DNA from: Pedobacter sp.
GTDB taxonomy: Bacteria; Desulfobacterota; Desulfuromonadia; Desulfuromonadales; Syntrophotaleaceae
Direction: 5' to 3'
Length of the DNA: 64,000 bases
Assembly: GCA_050253415.1 (NCBI GenBank)
Contig: JBFWJC010000002.1
Coordinates: 64,001 to 128,000, forward strand
The notes under the pieces were generated by a model, which was not told where the DNA came from, searched no databases, and saw only the letters and a program-made list of their open reading frames with translations. Each line of letters starts with the position of its first letter. The first letter of the stretch is position 1. Both the position numbers and the translations under genes were made by a program. Of this stretch, positions 31,209-40,624 are shown piece after piece.

Positions 31209-31577
31209 GCCGGACTCCCTGGGGCGTTGGGGCGAAGAATTTCACCTTGAAAAGGTAAGACGGATGAAACTCTGACGCTGTTTCGGGCGGCTGTACGCGA
31301 AGTTTAGCATAGCCCAATTCTCATTACAGCAATATATTTGAACGGTGGTTGTTTGCGGGGCGCTTCGCGGCAGGGAAATGAGGGCTATGCCCAGTTGGTC
31401 CCCACGGGGACATCGTGCTTGACATGCCAGGGGCAAAGGGCTAGAAAAAAAGAGCCTTTAGGTGCCGAAAGGGTGCTCGACCGTTTGCTCTGCAGCCCTT
31501 GGCAAACCGTTACCCCGGCTCGGGGCACAGGTCGAACGCACCTGGTCCCCGGTTGTTTTTGGAGGTTCGACAGCAGC

Positions 31578-32039
31578 ATGCTTGAACAGGACGCGCAACA
31601 ACTCAACCAACGGTTTTCCAGTCAGATCCCCATGGCCCGGCAGATGGGGCTTCGCATCACGGCCTGGGACGGATGCAGTCTGCGCATGGACGCGCCGCTG
31701 GCTCCCAACCTCAACGACAAGGGCACGGGATTTGCCGGGTCGATAGCGACGCTGGCCACCTTTGCCGGTTGGGCGGTGGCAACCTTGCTGGCAGAAAAAG
31801 TGGTTGGGACGCATTGTGAGGCGGCGGTATTCGAGAGCGAGATAAGTTATCGTGCTCCGGTTACCGGAGATTTTTACGCGCTGGTTCCGGTGCCCTCAAC
31901 AGAGGACATGCAAGCTTTCGAGGCGTCTCTCGCAGAACGGGGGCGCGCCAAGTTGACCCTGACCGCCACTATCTTCCAGGACGGTGTAGGAAAAGTCCGC
32001 TACCGCGGGCGTTACGCGGTGCGGGTGGGTAAGATGTAG
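31578..32039 (+). CDS. YiiD C-terminal-like hotdog thioesterase
   Basis: IPMARQMG, APLAPNLN.KGT.FAGS. Confidence 0.82.
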   Translation: MLEQDAQQLNQRFSSQIPMARQMGLRITAWDGCSLRMDAPLAPNLNDKGTGFAGSIATLATFAGWAVATLLAEKVVGTHCEAAVFESEISYRAPVTGDFYALVPVPSTEDMQAFEASLAERGRAKLTLTATIFQDGVGKVRYRGRYAVRVGKM

Positions 32040-32163
32040 AGATCGTTTCATATCCAAGCTTTTAAGTGTTAAGCTGATGGCCATCCTATGAAGTTTTGCG
32101 AATACATCATCCTTTGGCAAATGCTTGATGCTGTAAGCCGGCAACCTAAAGCAAAGGCGCATC

Positions 32164-32748
32164 ATGTTTCTGAATGTCTATCTAAAACTGTTTGTCATCC
32201 TGACACCGTTTTTCGTCATGTCGGCGTTTCTGTCCCTGACCCGGGGCTTTACCCCCACTGAGCGCAAGAAGGCGGCGGGCAAGGTGACGCTGGCTATCGT
32301 TCTGTCGGTATTCACCATCTACCTGTTCGGCAGGCACATCTTCGCCCTGTTCGGGATTACCCTCGATGCTTTTCGCATCGGCGCCGGTGCGGTACTGTTC
32401 CTGTCGGCCGTCAGCATGGTGCGCGGGCCGACCGCTGTAACACCGCCGTCGCCCGGCGAGGATGTGGCGGTGGTGCCGCTGGCCATCCCCATCGCTGTGG
32501 GGCCGGGGACCATCGGTGCCCTGCTGGTCATGGCGGCGGAGCCCAAGAGCCTGGCGGCGCGGTTGGTGACGGCCGGGGCCATGCTGGCCGCCATCGCCAC
32601 CGTCGGCCTGTTGCTGAGCGTGGCCGGCCGTCTGGAAAAGGTGGTGGGGCACCAGGGTCTGACCATCCTGACCAAATTGACCGGGCTGTTCGTATCGGCC
32701 ATTGCGGCGCAGATCTTCTTTACCGGTTTGAAAAACTTCCTGGCCTGA
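32164..32748 (+). CDS. MarC family membrane protein
   Basis: FRIGAG, VPLAIPIAVGPGT. Confidence 0.88.
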   Translation: MFLNVYLKLFVILTPFFVMSAFLSLTRGFTPTERKKAAGKVTLAIVLSVFTIYLFGRHIFALFGITLDAFRIGAGAVLFLSAVSMVRGPTAVTPPSPGEDVAVVPLAIPIAVGPGTIGALLVMAAEPKSLAARLVTAGAMLAAIATVGLLLSVAGRLEKVVGHQGLTILTKLTGLFVSAIAAQIFFTGLKNFLA

Positions 32749-32777
32749 CGGGCCTTTCCTGAACAAGGATATCTTCC

Positions 32778-33440
32778 ATGACCATGCAGAAACAGCGCGA
32801 AGCCATCGTCCGCTACGGGCGTAAAATGATCACCTCCCAGCTGACCACCGGTGCGGGCGGCAACCTGAGTATTCTGGACCGCGCCAGCGGCCAGGTCGCC
32901 ATCAGCCCCAGCGGCATCGAGTATTTCGATCTGCAGCCGCAGGATGTGGTCATCACCGATCTTGACGGACAGGTTCTGGATGGCCAATACAAGCCCTCCA
33001 GCGAGCTCGGTTTTCATCTGGCCCTGTACCGTCAGCGTCCGGATGTGAACGCCGTGCTGCATACCCACTCGGTGTACGCCACCACCATGGCCTGCCTCGG
33101 GTGGGAGATCCCGGCGGTGCATTATCTGGTGGGTTTCTCCGGCCACAAGGTGCCGCTGGCCCCTTATGCCACCTTCGGCACCGAGGAACTGGCCCGCAAC
33201 GTGGCAGACGGCATCGGCGCTTACAACGCCGTGCTGCTGGCCAACCACGGCCTGGTGGCTGTCGGCAGTGACCTGAGCCGGGCGTTTAATACCGCCGAGG
33301 AGATCGAGCTGGTGGCGCGTATCTACTATCAGACCAAGTCGGTGGGCAACCCGGTGATCCTGCCGGAGACTGAAATGGAGCGGGTGCTGGAAAAATTCGC
33401 CACCTACGGACAATCTCCCAAGGAAGACGGCGATGTTTGA
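32778..33440 (+). CDS. Class II aldolase (L-fuculose-1-phosphate aldolase-like)
   Basis: GGNLS, SPSG, PSSE..FH, HTHS, NHG zinc ligands. Confidence 0.9.
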   Translation: MTMQKQREAIVRYGRKMITSQLTTGAGGNLSILDRASGQVAISPSGIEYFDLQPQDVVITDLDGQVLDGQYKPSSELGFHLALYRQRPDVNAVLHTHSVYATTMACLGWEIPAVHYLVGFSGHKVPLAPYATFGTEELARNVADGIGAYNAVLLANHGLVAVGSDLSRAFNTAEEIELVARIYYQTKSVGNPVILPETEMERVLEKFATYGQSPKEDGDV

Positions 33441-34578
33441 TTTCGACCGCATCATCGACCGCAGCGGTACCGGCTCCCTCAAGTGGGATCGTTACGCCGG
33501 TCGCGACGTGCTGCCCCTGTGGGTGGCGGATATGGATTTTCCCGCGCCGCCGGCGGTGGTCGCCGCCCTGCAGCAGCGTGTTGGCCACGGCGTGTTCGGC
33601 TACACCCATGTCTCCGACGAGCTGGTCGAAGTGATCCTGGCACGGCTTTGGGATCGTTATAAGTGGCGGGTGAAAGCCGAGGCGCTGGTCTGGTTGCCAG
33701 GCCTGGTGGTGGGCCTCAACGTGGCCTGCCGGGCGGTGGGCGGCAGGGGCAGCGAAGTGCTGACCATGACCCCCATCTATCCGCCGTTTCTGTCCGCGCC
33801 GGGCTTGTCGGAACGCACCCTGGTGACCATCCCCATGGTTCAGGAGGGGGCGCAGTGGCTCATCGATTTCGACGCCATGGAAAAGGCCGTGACCCCGGCA
33901 GCCCGTTTGCTGTTGCTGTGCAGCCCGCAGAACCCCACCGGCCGGGTGTTTACCCGCAAGGAACTGGAACAGCTGGCCGATTTCTGCCAGCGCCACAATC
34001 TGGTGCTCTGTTCCGATGAAATCCATTGCGACCTGGTGCTGGAACCGGGCATCGAGCATATCCCCACGGCGTCCCTCGATGCCGAGGTGGCAGCCCGCAC
34101 CATTACCCTCATGGCGCCGAGCAAAACCTTCAATCTGCCGGGATTGAACTGCGCCTTCGCCATTATCCCCGACGCCGGGCTGCGTGGACGCTTTCAGCGT
34201 GCCATGGCCGGCATCGTGCCCTATGTCAACCTGCTTGGTTACGTCGGTGCCCTGGCCGCATATCGCGACAGCGGCGACTGGCACGCCGCGCTGCTCGACT
34301 ACCTGCGCGGCAATCGCGATCTGGTACTCGAGGCCGTGGCGGATATGCCGGGGCTCAGCGCCACCCATGGCGAGGCGACCTATCTCACCTGGATCGACGC
34401 CCGTGGCACCGGCCTTGATGATCCGGCAGGCTTTTTCGAAAAGGCCGGGGTGGGGCTGTCCGACGGGCGGGAATTCGGTTTGCCCGGGTTTGTGCGGCTG
34501 AATTACGGTTGTCCGAGGGTGGTGTTGCAGCAGGCGTTGGAGCGGATGCGCAAGGCGTTGGTGACAAGTGACTGGTGA
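33433..34578 (+). CDS. PatB/MalY family C-S lyase (PLP)
   Basis: LWVADMDF, SPQNPTG, SDEIH, APSKTFN, FVRLN. Confidence 0.92.
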   Translation: MFDFDRIIDRSGTGSLKWDRYAGRDVLPLWVADMDFPAPPAVVAALQQRVGHGVFGYTHVSDELVEVILARLWDRYKWRVKAEALVWLPGLVVGLNVACRAVGGRGSEVLTMTPIYPPFLSAPGLSERTLVTIPMVQEGAQWLIDFDAMEKAVTPAARLLLLCSPQNPTGRVFTRKELEQLADFCQRHNLVLCSDEIHCDLVLEPGIEHIPTASLDAEVAARTITLMAPSKTFNLPGLNCAFAIIPDAGLRGRFQRAMAGIVPYVNLLGYVGALAAYRDSGDWHAALLDYLRGNRDLVLEAVADMPGLSATHGEATYLTWIDARGTGLDDPAGFFEKAGVGLSDGREFGLPGFVRLNYGCPRVVLQQALERMRKALVTSDW

Positions 34579-34693
34579 CTGGTGACTGGTGACTGGTGAC
34601 TGGTGACTGGTGACTGGTGACTGGTGACTGGTGACTGGTGACTGGTGACTGGTGACTGGTGACTGGTGACTGGTGACTGGTGACTGGTGACTG
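34561..34693 (+). repeat. Heptamer tandem repeat (GTGACTG) x18 plus one imperfect unit
   Basis: Counted directly: 34568-34693 is 18 perfect copies. Confidence 0.97.
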
Positions 34694-34730
34694 GCCTGAG
34701 CTTTGAGCTGTTCGGCCCTGATAACCTAAA

Positions 34731-35275
34731 CCGGCGGGACGCGCCCCGCCAGGCGCCTTACTTTTTGTCCAAGCCAACAAAAAGTAAGCAAAAAAATGGC
34801 TCCCCTGCGGGGGGCTTGGTGTCGCTGAGGGGTGAGTTGGCTAACTGCGGTTGTGTTTTGCGGCCTCGTCGTGGATTCTTTCGGCTCCCTCCTCTTTTGA
34901 GGGATGGGTGGTGGTTACGATGGGCTGGTTCTTTTGCGAGGCGGGCGTCAAAGGGCAGTTGGTGTGAAAAACTGAACTAAACCATAAGCCTGGCCTGGTT
35001 GCCGGTGTTTTAACAGTGTAGCGCCGGTGTTGTCTTTGTCGTTGCCTTTTGCCCCCCCTGTGACGCAGCCGGAGCGGAGCAATTGACGGGCGAAACAGGC
35101 GGAAGACTGAGCGCAGCGAATCTCTTCCTGCCCGCCCGGCGGGGGCGTGACCCCGCGGTCTTGAGGTTGATTTTTTGGGTTAAAAGCTTAAACCGTAACT
35201 TCAAGTTCGCCGGTCCCGGCCGGCAGCCGGGTTACTTTCTTTACCCGTCCAAAGAAAGTAACCAAAGAAAGACGT
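34731..35275. repeat. Two related palindromic intergenic elements
   Basis: cttactttttg..caaaaagtaagcaaaaa (~34757-34797) and gttactttcttt..aaagaaagtaaccaaagaaa (~35231-35270), each after a GC-rich stretch. Confidence 0.6.
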
Positions 35276-35591
35276 AGGGTCTGGCTTCGCCGTTATGTCT
35301 GGCGCGAAGTTTTTTGCGTCAAACCACTGTGGTAGCGATTGAAAGACGGTGCGTCTCCGTTCGGCTTCTTTGCCCAGCGGTTGCGGTTCGCGCAGATCGT
35401 AGCGCAGCTGTTGCAGGCACCGGCAGTGCTGGATTTTATAATCGTCTTTGCCTGCTTTTTTTATCTGTCATGACAATAAGTTAGCATGCCTCCGGGAGTG
35501 CTGGACTATTCATGGCCTTTTATAATAATCGATTGTCCTGCTTGGGGGATGATTTAGCCCCCGGATACCCATACGAAACGGATTAAATTTC

Positions 35592-36710
35592 ATGCCCCTT
35601 TACCGCGAAGCCATCAGCGACCTGATCGTTAACCTTCCACGTCGCGATCTGCGCACCATGATCCGCACCGTGCGGGCTCTGTACCGCCTCAGCGGTTTAT
35701 CTGCCTATCGTGAAATGGTGCTGCCCCAACTGCCCGAAGCGGCTCGTTTCGATCCGGGGCACGATGCGGTGATGATGGGGTACGATTTTCATCTGACCGA
35801 GGACGGGCCGCGCCTTATCGAAGTCAATACCAACGCCGGGGGAGCTTTGCTTTCCTATCTGGCGCGCTACCCGGATGAAGCTACGGCGCGTGCTGCCATG
35901 AGCGAAAAACTCAAAAAGGCTTTTCTGGAACCTTTTGCCGAGGAGATGAAGGCGTTTTCCCATGGCCGGCAAGACCGGCCCCGGCATATCGCGATTGTCG
36001 ATGAAAAGCCCGAGGAACAGTTCCTGTACCATGAAATGGAGGCGTTCGCCGGATTGTTCCGCGAATGGGGTGCCACGGCGCAAGTGATTGATCCGGGCGA
36101 ATTGCAGGCTGGTGCCGATGGGGTGGCGCTGAATGGCGAAGCTGTCGATCTGGTTTATAACCGGCATTGCGATTTTTATCTCGAAGAGCCCGTTATGGCC
36201 GGTATCCGCGCGGCATACCTGTCGGGCAACGTCTGTCTGACGCCCAACCCCTTTGCCTACGGTTTGCTGGGAGATAAAAGGCGCATGGTGCTGTGGTCCG
36301 ATGCCGATGCCCTTGCCGATCTGGGCGTGGAGCAGGAGGATAGTGACTTGCTGCAGCAGGTGGTGCCGGTCAGCCGTGTGTTGCGCACGCAAGATCCCGA
36401 TGAACTATGGAAAGATCGGCGCAACTGGGTATTCAAGCCCGTCGACCGGTTCGGCAGCCGCGGGGTGCTGGTCGGGGAAAAGATTTCGCGTAAGCGTTTC
36501 GATGAACTCGATCCCGCCACCACGCTGGTACAGCAATTGGTCGCTCCCTCACTGACCCCGGCAGCGGCGGATGAAAAACCGATGAAAACCGACCTGCGGC
36601 TGTTCGTGTACCGGGATCGCATCCTTGGGATCGGTGCCCGTTTGTATCGCGGGCAGGTGACCAATCTGCGCACGGAAGGCGGAGGGTTTGCGCGGGTAAA
36701 GGTGGGTTGA
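35592..36710 (+). CDS. Circularly permuted ATP-grasp-like ligase of unknown function
   Basis: GYDFHL...PRLIEVNTNAGG, WVFKP...GSRG, VQQLV, K.DLR, RLY.GQ.TN..T.GGGF. Confidence 0.7.
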   Translation: MPLYREAISDLIVNLPRRDLRTMIRTVRALYRLSGLSAYREMVLPQLPEAARFDPGHDAVMMGYDFHLTEDGPRLIEVNTNAGGALLSYLARYPDEATARAAMSEKLKKAFLEPFAEEMKAFSHGRQDRPRHIAIVDEKPEEQFLYHEMEAFAGLFREWGATAQVIDPGELQAGADGVALNGEAVDLVYNRHCDFYLEEPVMAGIRAAYLSGNVCLTPNPFAYGLLGDKRRMVLWSDADALADLGVEQEDSDLLQQVVPVSRVLRTQDPDELWKDRRNWVFKPVDRFGSRGVLVGEKISRKRFDELDPATTLVQQLVAPSLTPAAADEKPMKTDLRLFVYRDRILGIGARLYRGQVTNLRTEGGGFARVKVG

Positions 36711-37090
36711 GGGGGGATACACCCCTATAGTATGTCGAGATCCTGAAAACCGTGGTGAATCATCATCACCAGCTTTTGAAAATAGGCAACATTCGTCCCT
36801 TTTTCTATATATTTTATGTTTCTGGTTTTTTTTAGTCCCTATCCCTGAATGTTCGATTGACAAGTGCTTTCCTTTGATGGATATTTAAAATTCCTAATCA
36901 TGCTTATTCATGAAACCATGTCTATTAGTTTGATACTCATAAGTATAGGCCAAATATGAAGAATCGCTGCAGGGGGGCTTACAGTCCGTCAAAGCCAGTA
37001 TAAATTCTCAATCGCCCATTGTGGTATCGTTCCATTATGCTCCGAGAGGGATAAATAGATTTGGTAAAGATGATCATCGACATCGCGTTA

Positions 37091-37131
37091 AAGCCGTTCT
37101 ATTCAGCAGATGCTGATAGCGCGGTTTTTTT
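37091..37131 (+). terminator. Terminator-like hairpin in leader of histidine kinase gene
   Basis: aagccgttctattcagc-agat-gctgatagcgcggttttttt, ending about 35 nt before the ATG. Confidence 0.55.
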
Positions 37132-37164
37132 GTTTGTGTCTCATGCCGACTCACGAGGTGCACG

Positions 37165-40077
37165 ATGATCAGGATTCTTTTCATCCTTGGCATTTGTTTG
37201 GCGTTATCAGGCCCGGCGCCGGGCGGAGCTTATTCCATAACAACAAAACCGAAGCTCATCGTCGGTGGCGACCGTAATTGTCCTCCCTACGAGTTTTATG
37301 AAAACGGGAAACCGACCGGTTTTGACATTGAGTTGATGCAGGCGGTGGCCGATGTCATGGGTTTCGAAGTGGAATTCAGGCTCGGTCCCTGGGTGGATGT
37401 CCGTCAAGGTCTGGATCAGGGCGCTGTCGATGCGATTGCCGGCATGTTTTATTCCGTGGATCGGAGCAGTCTGGTCGATTTTTCTGTGCCGCACACCATG
37501 GTTACTTCCGGCATATTCGTGCGCAAGGGGTCTCCGATACGTTCCTATGCGGATATTCAGGGCAAGGAAGTCATTGTCCAGCAAGGGGACATTATCCACG
37601 ATTCCCTGGGACGCAACGGCCTCGCTTCGCGCATCGTGACAGTGACGGATGTCGGGCAGGCGGTTAAGCTTCTTGCCTCCGGAAAACATGATTGTGCCAT
37701 CTTAACGTCCAGGCTGCAGGGCGAGCATTTTATTAAAACTTTCAGGTTGTCCAATCTCAGGGTTATCAACACCGACCAGCCTCAATTGCAGTACTGTTTC
37801 GCGGTGCGCAAAGACAACCAGCAACTGCTGTATAAACTCGATGAAGGGCTGAAAATCCTCAAAGTCAACGGCAAGTACCGGGAGATCTATGAAAAATGGT
37901 TCGGCGTATATGAAAGAGAGAATCTGTGGAAAATCGCAAAAGGCTATGTCTTTGCAGCGTTAGCGGTCTTTGCGTCCCTTTTTGCGGCTGGCTTCGCGTG
38001 GTCCCGGTCTTTACGCAAACAGGTCGGCATACGAACCGCGGAATTACGTGAGAGTGAGGAAAAATTCCGGATTTTAGCTGAGACGATTCCTTCCGCGATT
38101 ATTGTTTATCAGGAAGACAGGTTTGTTTATGTCAATCCTGCCGTTATTCAGGCTACCGGGTATTCGGAGCAGGAATGCATGCAGATGAAGTTCTGGGACC
38201 TGGCGAGCGACAATTTCAAGGAGTTGGTAAAAAGTCGCGGGCTGGCCCGGCAGCGGGGTGAAAAGATTCCTTCGCAGTACGAGTACCAGTGGGTTACGAA
38301 ATCCGGAGAGAAGAAGTGGGCTTTTATCTCGAGCGCCCGCATCGAATATAAGGGAAATCCTGCCGGTATTGCGATGTTGATCGACATTACCGATCGCAAA
38401 TATATCGAAGAAGAGCTGCATCGGGCGCATGCCGAATTGGAAATACGGGTAAAGGAGCGAACCGATGAGCTGGCCAGGGCGACGGAAGCCTTGATGGCTT
38501 CTGAAAAGGAAAAATCGCTCATTTTGAACATAACGGATGATGTCCTCCTATTTTTCGATCCCGACATGAAAATTCTGTGGGCCAATAAGGCCGCCGCCGG
38601 TTCTGTGGATATGACCTATGAAGAGCTGCGGGAGCGGCGCTGCTGGGAAGCATGGCATCAGCGCCAGGAGCCTTGTGTCGGGTGTCCGGTGCTGTTGGTC
38701 AGGGATACCGGGCAGCCGCAGGAAGCGGAAATGCATGCCCCTGACGAAAGAGTTTGGCATATTCGCGCCTATCCCGTTAAAGACGAAGCGGGGCGGCTTA
38801 TTGGCATGGTCGACTTTGCGCAAGACATCACTGATCGAAAGCAGATGGAAGAGGCGTTGCGGCAGGCCAACCTTGTTGTGGAAAACAGTCCGGTGGTGCT
38901 GTTCCGTTGGAAGGGTGACGATAAGTGGCCCGTTGAGATGGTTTCCGGCAATATTATACAGTTCGGTTATTCTCCCGATGAATTTCTCTCCGGCTCCATC
39001 ACCTATTCATCTATCATACTCCCTGACGATTTGGAACGTGTGACCAGGGAGCTTCACGCTTGGTGCCATAAAGGGGTGGACCAGTTCTGCCTGGAATACC
39101 GAATCTTGACCAAGGATGGTGATATCCGCTGGGTGAACAAGCACGCCAACATCGAAAGGGATGTCGCGGGAGGCGTAAAAAACTTCGAGGGGATCGTCAT
39201 CGATATTACCGAGCGCAAATTGGCCGAAGAAGAACTCGAGAGAAAGAAGAGTCGATTACAGGAACTAAACAGCACTCTGGAGAATCGCGTTCAGGAAGAG
39301 GTTGGAAAAAACCGGGAAAAGGACATCCTGCTGATTCAGCAGAACCGTCAGGCTGCAATGGGCGACCTGCTGGAGCATATCGCGCATCAATGGAAACAAC
39401 CGCTGACCGTTGTTTCCCTCATCATTCAGAGTCTGTGGTTTTCATTTTCCAAAAACGAGCTGACGGCCGCCACCATCCAGGAAACCATCAACACAACGAC
39501 CGATTTGCTGGAACATATGGCACAGACCATAGAAGTTTTCAGAGATTTTTACAGGCCGGACAAGGAAAAAACCGTATTCAGTATTAACGATTCCGTCGAC
39601 AACGCTTTGGCTTTTATTTCACCGGCGTTGAAGCATGACTCCATTGCCGTTGATGTGGATATCGATCCAGACCTCCTGGCGATAGGCTATCCGCGCGAAT
39701 ATATACAGGTGCTTCTCAATGTATTGTCCAATGCCAGGGAAGAATTAATAGAAAAAAAACCTGAAGACCCGAAGATAACGATAAGGGGTGTTGCTGAGGG
39801 AACCCAAGCCGTTGTTACGATAACCGACAATGCGGGGGGGATATCAGATTCGGTTATTCATAGCATTTTTGATCTGTATGTCACAACCAGGGAGGCGAAA
39901 GGTGGTACAGGTATCGGCCTCCACATGTCGAAAAATATCATCGAAAAAAATATGGACGGGTCATTGACCGCCCACAACACGGACTCCGGCGCTCAATTCA
40001 GGATAGCCATCAACATGCCAGAATGGAGTGCATCAGCGGGGACGGATAGACAGCATGGGGCAGCTCTCCTCAAATAA
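37165..40077 (+). CDS. Sensor histidine kinase with periplasmic solute-binding domain and three PAS domains
   Basis: PPYEF..GFDIEL SBP; DIT.RK PAS ends; IAHQWKQPL H-box; DNAGG and GTGIGL ATP boxes. Confidence 0.9.
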   Translation: MIRILFILGICLALSGPAPGGAYSITTKPKLIVGGDRNCPPYEFYENGKPTGFDIELMQAVADVMGFEVEFRLGPWVDVRQGLDQGAVDAIAGMFYSVDRSSLVDFSVPHTMVTSGIFVRKGSPIRSYADIQGKEVIVQQGDIIHDSLGRNGLASRIVTVTDVGQAVKLLASGKHDCAILTSRLQGEHFIKTFRLSNLRVINTDQPQLQYCFAVRKDNQQLLYKLDEGLKILKVNGKYREIYEKWFGVYERENLWKIAKGYVFAALAVFASLFAAGFAWSRSLRKQVGIRTAELRESEEKFRILAETIPSAIIVYQEDRFVYVNPAVIQATGYSEQECMQMKFWDLASDNFKELVKSRGLARQRGEKIPSQYEYQWVTKSGEKKWAFISSARIEYKGNPAGIAMLIDITDRKYIEEELHRAHAELEIRVKERTDELARATEALMASEKEKSLILNITDDVLLFFDPDMKILWANKAAAGSVDMTYEELRERRCWEAWHQRQEPCVGCPVLLVRDTGQPQEAEMHAPDERVWHIRAYPVKDEAGRLIGMVDFAQDITDRKQMEEALRQANLVVENSPVVLFRWKGDDKWPVEMVSGNIIQFGYSPDEFLSGSITYSSIILPDDLERVTRELHAWCHKGVDQFCLEYRILTKDGDIRWVNKHANIERDVAGGVKNFEGIVIDITERKLAEEELERKKSRLQELNSTLENRVQEEVGKNREKDILLIQQNRQAAMGDLLEHIAHQWKQPLTVVSLIIQSLWFSFSKNELTAATIQETINTTTDLLEHMAQTIEVFRDFYRPDKEKTVFSINDSVDNALAFISPALKHDSIAVDVDIDPDLLAIGYPREYIQVLLNVLSNAREELIEKKPEDPKITIRGVAEGTQAVVTITDNAGGISDSVIHSIFDLYVTTREAKGGTGIGLHMSKNIIEKNMDGSLTAHNTDSGAQFRIAINMPEWSASAGTDRQHGAALLK

Positions 40078-40533
40078 CTGAAGAAGCTCGGTTTTGATGG
40101 CGTCTCGGGTCTCCCGGAACGCCGCCATGACCTGACCTTCATCGCCGTTTGCATGTTCCGGATCCGGAAAACCAAGCAGATACAGCCGCTTTCCCCCATG
40201 ACTTGTGTGTTCCAGGTGAGGACATTCCTTGCCGCAGCGGCCACAGTAGCTGATGGCACCATGGACGTCGCACTTGTCCTCTTCCTTTTCCAACAGAGTG
40301 ATGACGTAGTCGAAGCTCTCCTCCTCAAAATCATCCACGTCCTTGGAATTTTGGCTGGAGATATCGATACCGATCTCTGCCATGACCGCCAGGGCCTTCC
40401 GGTTGACGGAAGTGGGTTCGGTTCCGGCTGAAAAGGCCATAACCTGGTCACCCAGGTAGTGGTTGATCAGTCCCTCGGCCATTTGGGAGCGGCAGGCGTT
40501 GTGGGTACTCTGGAATAGGACTCGGGTTTTCAT
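40033..40533 (-). CDS. ArsC/LMW-PTP family protein, atypical (P-loop Cys replaced by Ser)
   Basis: FQSTHNACRSQMAEG, SAGT, FPDP, FRETRD. Confidence 0.8.
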   Translation of the reverse strand: MKTRVLFQSTHNACRSQMAEGLINHYLGDQVMAFSAGTEPTSVNRKALAVMAEIGIDISSQNSKDVDDFEEESFDYVITLLEKEEDKCDVHGAISYCGRCGKECPHLEHTSHGGKRLYLLGFPDPEHANGDEGQVMAAFRETRDAIKTELLQLFEESCPMLSIRPR

Positions 40534-40624
40534 AACGTAATAATCCCGTTAAACAGCAGCGACGTTGCTTTTTTAGCATGCCCCCACCGTGTGCTTGATA
40601 GACAAGAGTATAAACTCTTGGACT

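Noticed and set aside
34561..34693. CRISPR array, or the SHQSPVT-repeat ORF 34385-34780
   Set aside because: Pure 7-bp tandem repeat with no spacers or cas genes; the ORF is an antisense by-product of the repeat.
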